Virus record (IMG/VR): IMGVR_UViG_3300044213_000047
Span: 1 to 52,837 of that record
DNA from: a virus
Lineage: Duplodnaviria > Caudoviricetes
DNA length: 52,837 nucleotides
Reading direction: 5' to 3' (one strand)
Positions 25,375-34,572 of the stretch are shown piece by piece (within the stretch, counting starts at the first letter, position 1; every line of letters starts with the position of its first letter). Under the pieces are notes generated by a model. The model was not told where the DNA came from. It was given only the letters and a program-made list of their open reading frames with translations, and did not search any database. Made by a program: the position numbers and the translations under genes.

Positions 25375-26267
25375 TAAAAATCCTCCAATTCGTCAAGCAA
25401 CAAGCGACATTTGTTTTCTATCAAATAACTCATAATAGACATTTTATCACCAGTTGTTTTATAATTAACATACGTATCTACGATTTCTTTTGATACATCC
25501 TCAGGTATATATTCAAAATCAATTAAGAGTGTATTGCGTTGCCAGTTACGACGCTCATCATCATTCTTACAAGCAATAAAACCATTCTCAATAAACTCTT
25601 GAAGACGTTTAGCTGATACAGGTTTTTGTCTCTCCCCAACAACAAACACATCATCTTTACTAAGAATGTTTGGAATTCCATCGTCACCTGCTTTCACGAT
25701 ATGAGTAATTTTCTTCTCGTGAAGTTCTTTAGCTGTGACTTTAATTTGTTTCTTCTGCATAGGTGACCATTGAGAAACATTGCTATATTTTTGTAGCTGA
25801 ATGAAGTCACCATCAGATGAAAGAATCAAAACTTTTTGTGGTTCCTCAACTAAACCTTGCTGAACTAGCCCATTTGTCTGAGTCCACTTAGCCATAACTG
25901 CAATAACATCATCAGCTTCAGCACGATCAAGGTGAATAACCTTATATGAGAAATACTTGGCAATGTCTTCACGCATTTCTGACAGGGTATCAAAGATCAA
26001 AGTCCAATCCAAATCAGAGTTCTCACGTGCTTTCTTTCGACCTGCCTTGTAGTGCGGGAACACTTCACGACGCCAATACTTGCGTCCATCACAACAAATA
26101 ACAAGTTCCCCATACTCTTTACCATACTTCTTCTTGTATGATTTAAGAGTGGACAGAGTTACATGTCGAATCAGATTCTTAATTTCTGACTCACTACCTT
26201 TCAACTCTCGCTGAAACGATAGAATGTTGCTTAGGGCAACTTGGGAATAATCAACTAAAATCATCAA
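25374..26267 (-). CDS. rnh: T4-like RNase H (5'-3' exonuclease)
   Basis: ILVDYSQ, YWRR..FPHYKAGR, EADD, SSDGDFIQL. Confidence 0.92.
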   Translation of the reverse strand: MMILVDYSQVALSNILSFQRELKGSESEIKNLIRHVTLSTLKSYKKKYGKEYGELVICCDGRKYWRREVFPHYKAGRKKARENSDLDWTLIFDTLSEMREDIAKYFSYKVIHLDRAEADDVIAVMAKWTQTNGLVQQGLVEEPQKVLILSSDGDFIQLQKYSNVSQWSPMQKKQIKVTAKELHEKKITHIVKAGDDGIPNILSKDDVFVVGERQKPVSAKRLQEFIENGFIACKNDDERRNWQRNTLLIDFEYIPEDVSKEIVDTYVNYKTTGDKMSIMSYLIENKCRLLLDELEDF

Positions 26268-27379
26268 AATGCTCCAAGCAAAATTGTTTCTTCATTGAAT
26301 CGACCATTCGGTACTGCTGGTTTTGTTTTCAGTGTTTTCAATGAAGCATTAAGTGCACGTTTACCGAAAGAAAGGTTCTTAAAGAATTCCTCAGGTTTAC
26401 GTAGCGTAAATTGTTTAGACTCGGCAGTGTCGAAGCCAACAATGGTTGTTCCCTTCACAGCCAGAGTGTTACCGTTAGTTCCCTTGTATACACCAACACG
26501 GCGATACTTCGTATTATAGAACCAAACCTCAGTTGAACCAATAATGTCAGTCAGTGCTGCGGATTTCAGTTTTAGTTCTGGGAATTCCTTCATGACTTTC
26601 ATTTTAGCAACCTGAACACCAGCTGGTTTCTCTTTACGCTTGCGTGGCATACGAGTTGCTTTAGCAGTTTGAACTGCTTGATTACAGTCAGCAATAATGG
26701 TATCGATGAACTCAGCGAACTTCTTCAGCTCTCGCTTTGTGAAGTTGGAGTAACCTTCCACAAGTTGCTCGTCGTCTCCAGCAATTGCTTCGTGTAGTTC
26801 TTTTGATTGTTTAACGTAGAACTCACCAATTCGTTTTGCAATTGGTGCTGCGACTTGGTTAGCGAGCAGGTAATTTTTTGCCGAGAAATCGGATTTTTTA
26901 TTTGTAACAAAGTCATCGATTGCTCCATCAATCTCACCTGCGAGTTCGTGGGCACGATCTTCCATACGTTGCTGAATTGACACAACAGGTGTAGTTGGTT
27001 GTGTATCTACAACAACCTTTTTCTTTTTGGGGATTTTTACTTTTAGTTCTTCGATTCGGTTCAGAATCCACTGTTCTTCTCGTTCCTCAAGAACTTGACC
27101 ACGGGATTTCAAACGACAAAGAACTGCCAGCTGTCGGACATCAAAGTCAGACAGATCATTGAATGTTGATACCAATCCCTTCAGATTGTTTTGAGTCAAG
27201 AAAGTGGATAACCACTTACGCTTGACCTTATCATCTTCATTGTTGTTATACCAACAGAGTGCTCTTGTTAAAGATACACGATAATCGTCACCTTCCAACA
27301 AGACTGGTTCATCACCACCCTTCATTGACGCCATGAGTTGACGTGTTTTTTCGTTACGTTTTTCAACAGATACAGCCAT
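26264..27379 (-). CDS. conserved T4-like hypothetical protein
   Basis: QLVEGYS, TLRKP, NGRFN; own promoter. Confidence 0.75.
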   Translation of the reverse strand: MAVSVEKRNEKTRQLMASMKGGDEPVLLEGDDYRVSLTRALCWYNNNEDDKVKRKWLSTFLTQNNLKGLVSTFNDLSDFDVRQLAVLCRLKSRGQVLEEREEQWILNRIEELKVKIPKKKKVVVDTQPTTPVVSIQQRMEDRAHELAGEIDGAIDDFVTNKKSDFSAKNYLLANQVAAPIAKRIGEFYVKQSKELHEAIAGDDEQLVEGYSNFTKRELKKFAEFIDTIIADCNQAVQTAKATRMPRKRKEKPAGVQVAKMKVMKEFPELKLKSAALTDIIGSTEVWFYNTKYRRVGVYKGTNGNTLAVKGTTIVGFDTAESKQFTLRKPEEFFKNLSFGKRALNASLKTLKTKPAVPNGRFNEETILLGAF

Positions 27380-27407
27380 AGGTTCTCACCTCCAAGTTTA
27401 TAATATA

Positions 27408-27436
27408 ATTATACCCTATTTCTGAATATTTGTCAA
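27408..27436 (-). promoter_or_regulatory. sigma70 promoter
   Basis: TTGACA-17-TATAAT. Confidence 0.85.
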
Positions 27437-28228
27437 GCAAAATTTAAGCATTGCTGCACGGGTCTTAGCGGACTCTTTTTCCCACATGGAGAAGTGAGTG
27501 CTGTTTAGAATCACAATTTCTTGTGTTTTTGGAAACATTTGCATGAACAAGTCAAAACCACCAGTCTTACACTCATAGTCATACTGACCACGAATCGCAA
27601 GAATTTCAGCAGTTATGTTTTCTGGATTGAACCCATTGTTACCATGATCAACCCAATAATTATTAATATCATATACAGGTTTTGCTGGAACTTTCCAAGA
27701 AGTTTTTCCAATGACATTAACGATGCGAGTTTCCCAATCAACAATTCTGTTAGGATTTGGAATCAAACGATCGCTTATTTTCTCAAGTCTGTTTGTTTTT
27801 AGTTTTTCAATACTTGTTGAAAATTCATCACCATGTTTAACATAGTAACTTTTATCATTACGAATAGAAGGGCTATGAATTATTACTTTATCGAATAACT
27901 GTCGCTCGGCTGAAATTAAAGCAACTGCTGTTGTTGTGGAGAATGCGAAAATTGTTTTACTCTCATACTCTCTACTAACGAAATTCTTTAAAAAATATTC
28001 AATCTGGTCAGCATATCCAATTCTGTCATATTGATAAAATTCTGGACTGTTACCATAACCAGCTGGATCGAACATAATAACATCAAGTCCAGATTCAAAC
28101 AACAACTGTGCGTGTGTTTTACCTTCTGGTAGTTCAAAATCCCAAAATGCTCTTGGTGATAATGACTGCCCAGGAAGTAAGAATAGTAAATGTTTATTGC
28201 TTGGATTTAGATATTCGCTTGTAACCAT
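27416..28228 (-). CDS. alpha/beta hydrolase
   Basis: LLPG, FDPAGYGNS, AFSTT nucleophile elbow, GQYD, STH. Confidence 0.75.
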   Translation of the reverse strand: MVTSEYLNPSNKHLLFLLPGQSLSPRAFWDFELPEGKTHAQLLFESGLDVIMFDPAGYGNSPEFYQYDRIGYADQIEYFLKNFVSREYESKTIFAFSTTTAVALISAERQLFDKVIIHSPSIRNDKSYYVKHGDEFSTSIEKLKTNRLEKISDRLIPNPNRIVDWETRIVNVIGKTSWKVPAKPVYDINNYWVDHGNNGFNPENITAEILAIRGQYDYECKTGGFDLFMQMFPKTQEIVILNSTHFSMWEKESAKTRAAMLKFCLTNIQK

Positions 28229-29046
28229 GATAAGGTTTCGTTATCTTCAAACATGATGTCTTCAAATTGCGTCACTCTAATTACGTCACCAGCTGTTGAT
28301 GTTAAAAACATAGCATCAACTTCTTGATGGATATCGATTGGAGAAATATCTGCCCAAATAAAGTTTACACCATTTTCAGTACAAACCTGTTCGACTTGTT
28401 TCATAACAGTACCATTAAGTCTGTTATGTTTTGGTGCATAGACAAATCCATCTTTACTAATAAACCCAACGTTGAAACCAACACCTTCAGTAATGAAACC
28501 ATCAGTTGAACATAGGATTGCGGAATCATAACCACGATCAATAGCTTCCCATTGAGCCATTGTTAAATCATTCCAAGCAAAATTCTTGTTCGCTTGTTTG
28601 ATTGAACACTCAGGAATGCGTTTGACGTTTCTTGCCAAACATACCGTTGCTTCATTTTTTGGATTGAAACCAAAATATGGTTTAATGTATGCGTAGAAAT
28701 TTGGTTTGCATGATTTAAGATCTCGAGGATTACCACTGGTTGGAACACCCCTAGTAACAGCGATCCAAACCAAACAATCTTTATACTCTGAAGAAACCTT
28801 TGCGTGAAGAACACGAAGAATTGCTTCTAGATCTTCTTTGGTATATTCTATCGGAATTCTCCAACCAACACAACTCTTCAAGAATCTATCTAAATGCGCA
28901 TCTATGTTAACAAATTCGTTATCACGAATTGCGAGAACATCATATGTGGCATCGCAGTGAATCAACCCCAAGTCTAAAATTGAAACAGACAAGTCTTTAA
29001 CACTGCAAAAGTTACCATTCGTAAATGCTGGAAAATCTTCAAACAT
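28207..29046 (-). CDS. fold-type IV PLP aminotransferase (IlvE/D-AAT/amine transaminase-like)
   Basis: DLGLIHCDATYD, HLDRF, KNFAWND, ITEGVGFN, LTSTAG. Confidence 0.85.
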   Translation of the reverse strand: MFEDFPAFTNGNFCSVKDLSVSILDLGLIHCDATYDVLAIRDNEFVNIDAHLDRFLKSCVGWRIPIEYTKEDLEAILRVLHAKVSSEYKDCLVWIAVTRGVPTSGNPRDLKSCKPNFYAYIKPYFGFNPKNEATVCLARNVKRIPECSIKQANKNFAWNDLTMAQWEAIDRGYDSAILCSTDGFITEGVGFNVGFISKDGFVYAPKHNRLNGTVMKQVEQVCTENGVNFIWADISPIDIHQEVDAMFLTSTAGDVIRVTQFEDIMFEDNETLSWLQANI

Positions 29047-29656
29047 TCATAATCTCCATAATTTTGTTAGCCAGTTCATATCTGGCAGGTTCAATTAAAA
29101 CGTAGTGAGATCCCTGAAGATCAACAACAGTTTTGTTTTTAATAAACTTTACCTGAAGACTATTTTGTTTGTCCATTTCTGAAGAATCACTAGTGTTGAA
29201 TATTGTAACAGGACATTTTATTTTATCTAATGCTATTTGTGGCAATTTTTCATCAAGATTTAAATTTCTATTTTTGATATCATCATTCATAAGAGTAGCA
29301 AACTCAGGAATGAATTCTGTTTGTTTAGATTTATCTGGACATGGATCGAGCATGAACATATGTTTAGTTTTGTTATTTCCAATCGCACTAGCAACAGCGC
29401 AACCATAACAATATCCCATAATGTAATCAGGATTTTGTATGTTTACTAAATCTCGACACTTCTTAAAAATTGTTTGATGTGTGTCGCCTGTTTGCCAATC
29501 AACGGAAATTACGTCAATTCCAGCATTATACAAAATGTCAGCAAAACTGTCCTCTTCCATATCAAGGTCAAACATGGTTTTATATTTCCATGTTTTACCC
29601 ATTAGATATAGAAGTTTTGCTTTAGGATTGGTTGGAGTTCTGCGGCGAATTAGCAC
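29039..29656 (-). CDS. alpha/beta hydrolase-fold protein
   Basis: GYCYG elbow, MLDP, GSH. Confidence 0.6.
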   Translation of the reverse strand: MLIRRRTPTNPKAKLLYLMGKTWKYKTMFDLDMEEDSFADILYNAGIDVISVDWQTGDTHQTIFKKCRDLVNIQNPDYIMGYCYGCAVASAIGNNKTKHMFMLDPCPDKSKQTEFIPEFATLMNDDIKNRNLNLDEKLPQIALDKIKCPVTIFNTSDSSEMDKQNSLQVKFIKNKTVVDLQGSHYVLIEPARYELANKIMEIMNV

Positions 29657-29900
29657 TTGTAATTTCTTCGTATGTTTCTACAAATTCATCATGCTCAGCA
29701 ACTGTTTGCGATAGACTTTGTTTATGATAAACACGAGCCATCTTATTAACAACCTTACGGGATAGTTGATAATTATCAGCTACATCCTTAACGATGTCTT
29801 TAATCAAATCTTTCTCAGCTTCAATACGAACCATTGAATTGCTGATCTCACGGATTGCCGCAAAAATTTTCTTGCGGTCTTCAATTGAACTGATACTCAT
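29622..29900 (-). CDS. dsbA: T4 DsbA-like dsDNA-binding protein
   Basis: EISNSMVRIEAEKDLIKDI...KMARVYHKQ; near rnh as in T4. Confidence 0.75.
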   Translation of the reverse strand: MSISSIEDRKKIFAAIREISNSMVRIEAEKDLIKDIVKDVADNYQLSRKVVNKMARVYHKQSLSQTVAEHDEFVETYEEITSANSPQNSNQS

Positions 29901-30106
29901 TTAGATGACGCTCCACGGAAAAACATACCCAACAGAATTGTTGCTGACCAAGTTTCCAATGTATATGGAATATTAAACATTGGGAATAGGGTGTTGAATG
30001 ACCAGATAGAAAGGAACGGCAAAATAATTATCATACCGATAATAAATGCAGCACCAATACCAACACCAAAAGTTCTCAAAATCGCATTAAACATAATTAA
30101 CTCCAT
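29897..30106 (-). CDS. small membrane protein
   Basis: IWSFNTLFP...IPYTLETW. Confidence 0.6.
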   Translation of the reverse strand: MELIMFNAILRTFGVGIGAAFIIGMIIILPFLSIWSFNTLFPMFNIPYTLETWSATILLGMFFRGASSK

Positions 30107-30383
30107 TAAAAGATTTTACTGATTCGAAACGGAAGGATCTCCATTCACCCTTGTCAACATCGAATGCCCGAACTGCGGATCCAGCAGTGCTGCTACTTTG
30201 CGTTTCCGATTTTGGTTGCTTGTCGGTTGGGATTTTTGATTCAACAAGCGTGCAATGCATCGTTCGTTCTGTTCCGTCTGCTTTAGTGAAGACGACGGTA
30301 GAGACGTCAGCACGCAATGCGTCAAGGATGATTGTTTTAAAGTCATCACTGTCCTTCTTTAGTGAACTTTGGGTCATTTTCAA
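30087..30383 (-). CDS. WYL-like SH3/Sm-fold protein
   Basis: FTKADGTERTMHCTL, FDVDKGEWRSFR. Confidence 0.75.
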   Translation of the reverse strand: MKMTQSSLKKDSDDFKTIILDALRADVSTVVFTKADGTERTMHCTLVESKIPTDKQPKSETQSSSTAGSAVRAFDVDKGEWRSFRFESVKSFNGVNYV

Positions 30384-30603
30384 ATCTCTCTTTCAATTCA
30401 TTAACTAATGGGGTGAAGAAGTTCTTAAATTCTTCAGGTTCAAAAAACATTGTATATGCATTATCAACAATAACCTTACCTTCTTCAGTCGTCATCTTTC
30501 GTTTGAAAGAAAACTCAATCATATTGTATGGAATTGCCTTAACTTTTACAACAGTGTGTAAGCCAGCACGGAAGTGTTCGGCTTCAAAATCAAGATCGCT
30601 CAT
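30346..30603 (-). CDS. hypothetical protein
   Basis: Coupled ORF. Confidence 0.55.
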   Translation of the reverse strand: MSDLDFEAEHFRAGLHTVVKVKAIPYNMIEFSFKRKMTTEEGKVIVDNAYTMFFEPEEFKNFFTPLVNELKERFENDPKFTKEGQ

Positions 30604-30748
30604 ATAATGTATCCTTGTGTTTAACTTTACGTGTGAACGCAACCTTTGACTCCACTACACGCATACGGTATTTTGGAGTGCGAAGATCTCTTGCTATTGG
30701 ATCTCTAGGTTTGGAATAAGTATACTTCGCTTTCATGATTTTGTCAAA

Positions 30749-30910
30749 TTATTCTTTATCTTTAAGTTTTGCTAACTTAGCACGTGCCTCAGAGTATTCA
30801 GCTTCGACCATCATACGCTTGAACGCATTTCGTTCTTGAGCTGTACCCTTCATCAAAGCCAACATACGCTTAGTGGTCTTGCTTAGTCTAAAATTCTTGT
30901 CAGTTTTCAT
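30749..30910 (-). CDS. small basic hypothetical protein
   Basis: SD AAGGA; promoter upstream. Confidence 0.6.
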   Translation of the reverse strand: MKTDKNFRLSKTTKRMLALMKGTAQERNAFKRMMVEAEYSEARAKLAKLKDKE

Positions 30911-30947
30911 AGTATCCTTTGTTAATAACATCAAACCCTACACCGTA

Positions 30948-30976
30948 AGTTTACCTCGGTGTCAAATAAATGTCAA
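30948..30976 (-). promoter_or_regulatory. sigma70 promoter
   Basis: TTGACA-17-TAAACT. Confidence 0.65.
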
Positions 30977-31032
30977 GTTAAATGTGAAAACCCTACTTGC
31001 AAGTAGGGTTCTTTATTTAGCGTAGTTGCAAC

Positions 31033-33036
31033 TTACTTCGATGTGGCTCTATATGTTCCATCCCAGTCAGCTGGTTTGCCTTCTTGCATACGTTCAACCA
31101 TGTTATCATAGTATTGCGATAGTTCTGGAGATTCAGCTTTCAGAGAATCAACCATTGCAATAGCAGCATCCCAATTTCCAGAGTAATAGTTTTCTAACCA
31201 AATAGGATGTAACGAATAAACTATTGCAGGTGTAAAAATTTTCACTCCAATCTTTTTACCTTTTACCGCAATACAATCAAGTTCTGCTACAGGATACTGA
31301 TCTTGAACATATCGTGCAGTTTGTTGTCCAAGAATGATTCGGACGCCATACGATTTACTCTGTCCTTCAAGTCTGGATGCAAGATTGACAGAATCCCCAA
31401 GACAAGTATAATCGAAACGCTGGTCGCTACCCATATTCCCAACAACAACGGTACCAGTATTAATCCCAAGACCCATGCCGAAAGGTGGCACACCCTCTTT
31501 AGTAATTTCTGAATTAAATTCATCCAAACTCTCCATCATTTGTAAAGCTGTTTTCAAAGCCATCTTAGCGTGTTCAGGTTCATCGAGTGGAGCATTCCAA
31601 AATGCCATCTGAGCATCACCGATATACTTATCTAACGTGCCATTGTTTTCTATAATTTTTGATGTCATCGCTGTCATGTAGCGATTCATAATTTGAGTTA
31701 AACCTTGAACATCTTCCCCATAGTGTTCTGATATTGAAGTAAACCCTCTAACATCTGTGAACATAATGGAAAGTTCTCTTGACTCACCACCGAGTTTAAG
31801 TAATTCAGGTTGTCGCTGTAACTTTTCGACCAGAGCGGGAGACAAGTAAGTACCGAACTGTTTTTTGATTTGAAGTTTTTGGCGCAGTTCAACAAGGAAT
31901 TTGACAATGTATCCATGGAAGCTGCAGATTCCAATGGTAAGTATCGGGAACACAGCATCAAGTAGATACTGGTGTCGTACAAACAATTCCATACCACCAT
32001 AATAGGCAACGAATCCCAATAAGATCGCGAAGATGTATCCATGAGTAAACCTCGTTAGGTAAAGTGAAAGTAACACTGCTACAATCATAAATCCTAACTC
32101 AGCGATTAAAGACCAATCTGGTCTACTGATGTTAGTGCCACTAATTACTGTGTCTAGAACCTCAGCTTGTATATAATGAGGAAATTGGGCACCTCCTGCT
32201 GTGGCGACAGGATTGTTAAGACCTTTTGCGGTAAGACCGACGATGACGATTTTTCCACCGAAGTCTTTTGGTAAATTGATGGCAGAATATTCTGCTGGTC
32301 TGCTAGTAGGGTCAACCCAAATTCTCCCGAGTTCATCGGTTTCGATTTTTCCAAGTTGAGCAATTCTGACTGCTTGGATTGCGTTGTCGTTGACTTTAAC
32401 TTGGAAACTTGGTTGTCCTGCGGCAACTCTGAGAGTTTCAAGGCTGATGCTGGGGTATAAGTTTCCATTTGCGTTGACGACCATTGGTATTCTTCTGGTG
32501 ACGCCATCGACTTCTGGCAGAGTGTTAACAACACCAATACCAGCAGCACTATTATTGAATATGGTTGGATATATCGTATCATACTTCACACCTGTATCTT
32601 TCGCATTTCCTCCGATTACTGAAACACCTGGACGGAATGGAATTACATCGGTAGTAACTTTACCTACTTCTGCTAGTTGCGGTAAAATTACTGGATTATT
32701 TTTTAATGTAGCAGCCAGCTGGCTGTCTTGATGAAACCTATCGGAATCAGGCATATAAACATTAAACACAACAAGACCAGCGTTACGTTTAAGAATATCT
32801 TCAATAATCTTTGAGTAGTCTCCTCTAGGGAACGGAAACTGTCCTTTTTGCTTAATAGTGGCATCGTCTATATTTACAACTGCCACATGTTCTGAGACAG
32901 TTGCTTCCTTTGATGTTATTAGTTGATCGAAATAACGAAGTCTGACAGACTCAACGAATGTCGGGTCTGCCAGTCGAATTACAATCATAAGCACCAATGT
33001 AACCAGTGCCATCCATGGCGATAAAAGTTTTTTCAT
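31033..33036 (-). CDS. CHASE2-domain class III adenylate cyclase
   Basis: FTDVRGFT, DKYIGDA, DYTCLGDSVNLASRLE; N-terminal CHASE2 (DGVTRRIP) plus TM helices. Confidence 0.92.
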   Translation of the reverse strand: MKKLLSPWMALVTLVLMIVIRLADPTFVESVRLRYFDQLITSKEATVSEHVAVVNIDDATIKQKGQFPFPRGDYSKIIEDILKRNAGLVVFNVYMPDSDRFHQDSQLAATLKNNPVILPQLAEVGKVTTDVIPFRPGVSVIGGNAKDTGVKYDTIYPTIFNNSAAGIGVVNTLPEVDGVTRRIPMVVNANGNLYPSISLETLRVAAGQPSFQVKVNDNAIQAVRIAQLGKIETDELGRIWVDPTSRPAEYSAINLPKDFGGKIVIVGLTAKGLNNPVATAGGAQFPHYIQAEVLDTVISGTNISRPDWSLIAELGFMIVAVLLSLYLTRFTHGYIFAILLGFVAYYGGMELFVRHQYLLDAVFPILTIGICSFHGYIVKFLVELRQKLQIKKQFGTYLSPALVEKLQRQPELLKLGGESRELSIMFTDVRGFTSISEHYGEDVQGLTQIMNRYMTAMTSKIIENNGTLDKYIGDAQMAFWNAPLDEPEHAKMALKTALQMMESLDEFNSEITKEGVPPFGMGLGINTGTVVVGNMGSDQRFDYTCLGDSVNLASRLEGQSKSYGVRIILGQQTARYVQDQYPVAELDCIAVKGKKIGVKIFTPAIVYSLHPIWLENYYSGNWDAAIAMVDSLKAESPELSQYYDNMVERMQEGKPADWDGTYRATSK

Positions 33037-33118
33037 TTACTAAACCAAATATCATATATCTGATAACAGATCGTTGGAATGAATACTATTAAAATTCCAG
33101 CAATCTGTATAGTTAATG

Positions 33119-33349
33119 TCATAGCGCCAACGATAGTGCTTCTGCCGCAGCAACAATAAATCTGAACGCTTGTTCATCGTTCGATAAATCTTGAGCAGCC
33201 TTTACTTGAGCAACCTGTTGAATGAGATATTGATAATCATCAGAACTTAATTCTTGGTTTTCATATTGTTGACGAATAACCAACAACTGGTTTGCTAAAT
33301 TAGCAGTAGGTCCACCCATCCCAGCAGCTTCTCTTAATTGTTCAAACAT
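33119..33349 (-). CDS. hypothetical protein
   Basis: Coupled ORF. Confidence 0.55.
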   Translation of the reverse strand: MFEQLREAAGMGGPTANLANQLLVIRQQYENQELSSDDYQYLIQQVAQVKAAQDLSNDEQAFRFIVAAAEALSLAL

Positions 33350-33699
33350 TATCGACTCCTCCAAGCATCTTCGATTACACTAACACGTGTTTTATTAATT
33401 GACAATACATCATTACACAGTATATCACTTTTAGAATTATATGCCTTTAGCAATGCTTCTTCCAACTGACTTACGTTGGTAGCTTGAGGGTCTTTTCTTA
33501 ATTCAGTATAAACCTTTAAGTGATGGACACGATCTAATAAATCACCCCAGTCTTTATTTGAACAATTAACTTGATTCAATTTAATATCGATTGAGACGAT
33601 CTGATTAAACATAACTGGATCATGATCTTTTGGCAATAAACTAGTAACAGTGGAACAACCTGTTAGGGCTAAAACTGCTGTTAATATTATTGCTCTCAT
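33349..33699 (-). CDS. lipoprotein
   Basis: Lipobox LTGC. Confidence 0.7.
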   Translation of the reverse strand: MRAIILTAVLALTGCSTVTSLLPKDHDPVMFNQIVSIDIKLNQVNCSNKDWGDLLDRVHHLKVYTELRKDPQATNVSQLEEALLKAYNSKSDILCNDVLSINKTRVSVIEDAWRSR

Positions 33700-33701
33700 G
33701 A

Positions 33702-34541
33702 TCAGTCATCCGATGCGTTAGCACCACACTTAGCACGCTTAGCTTTTGTTAAAGCACCGAAGTCGACTGGCCATTCTTGACCTGGAGCCAACTCTTTAGC
33801 GTTCGGTGGGAAAGCATATTTAACGCCAACCTTCTGTTCAAGCTGACCAATTTCAACACGGAACTTAGTCAAATCGTTACCCAAGTTTGGATATGGAGCA
33901 ACGTGAGGGAAATACCAAGCAGCTACTTCAGAAGTTTGATTGTTGATAACAATTTTATAGAAGCCATGAGGAACAACTACACCCTTACCAATTGTTTTGT
34001 CGCCTTGACCGTAGTCACCACCAACATAAACAGTGTAGCTCTGGTTTCGTTGAACAGTCCATCCACGAACTGAGGTCTCTAATAGTTTCCAGATTCCACG
34101 ATTCAAAGATCCAGCTTGGGGGGACATGTTTGTCATCAAAAAACTTTCAAATTCCACCTGAGGGTCCCACGATAAGTCTCCATCTGGAGCCATATGCCCT
34201 TTGTCGTATCCTGTTCCAGCGTAATCTGCGGGAACGGCTCCATTTGGTACAAATTGATTAGCAGCAAAAGCATTAGTACGAGCGACGCAGCCCAAAGCAT
34301 TTTGAGGAAGTAATTCATATGTGACAAACTTCGGTAATTTTGCTTGAGCATCATAACCAACTAGGTATGCTTGCTGGCAAAGTGGTTGAACATTATTTGT
34401 TTGAGGGAACCCATAAGGTGCATGGGCTTGGCAGTTTTGTACTGGGAATGGTTGACGCTGAGTCCAAGCATTAGCTGTGTTAAACTCTACACCAACGATT
34501 GTCCAGATAACAATGTTTAATGCAATTAAAAACTTTTTCAT
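33702..34541 (-). CDS. secreted DNA/RNA non-specific endonuclease (NucA/Serratia type)
   Basis: YDKGHMAP, NMSPQ...LNRGIWKLLE; signal peptide. Confidence 0.9.
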   Translation of the reverse strand: MKKFLIALNIVIWTIVGVEFNTANAWTQRQPFPVQNCQAHAPYGFPQTNNVQPLCQQAYLVGYDAQAKLPKFVTYELLPQNALGCVARTNAFAANQFVPNGAVPADYAGTGYDKGHMAPDGDLSWDPQVEFESFLMTNMSPQAGSLNRGIWKLLETSVRGWTVQRNQSYTVYVGGDYGQGDKTIGKGVVVPHGFYKIVINNQTSEVAAWYFPHVAPYPNLGNDLTKFRVEIGQLEQKVGVKYAFPPNAKELAPGQEWPVDFGALTKAKRAKCGANASDD

Positions 34542-34572
34542 AACTATTCCTTTATAAGAATGACAAGTGTAT

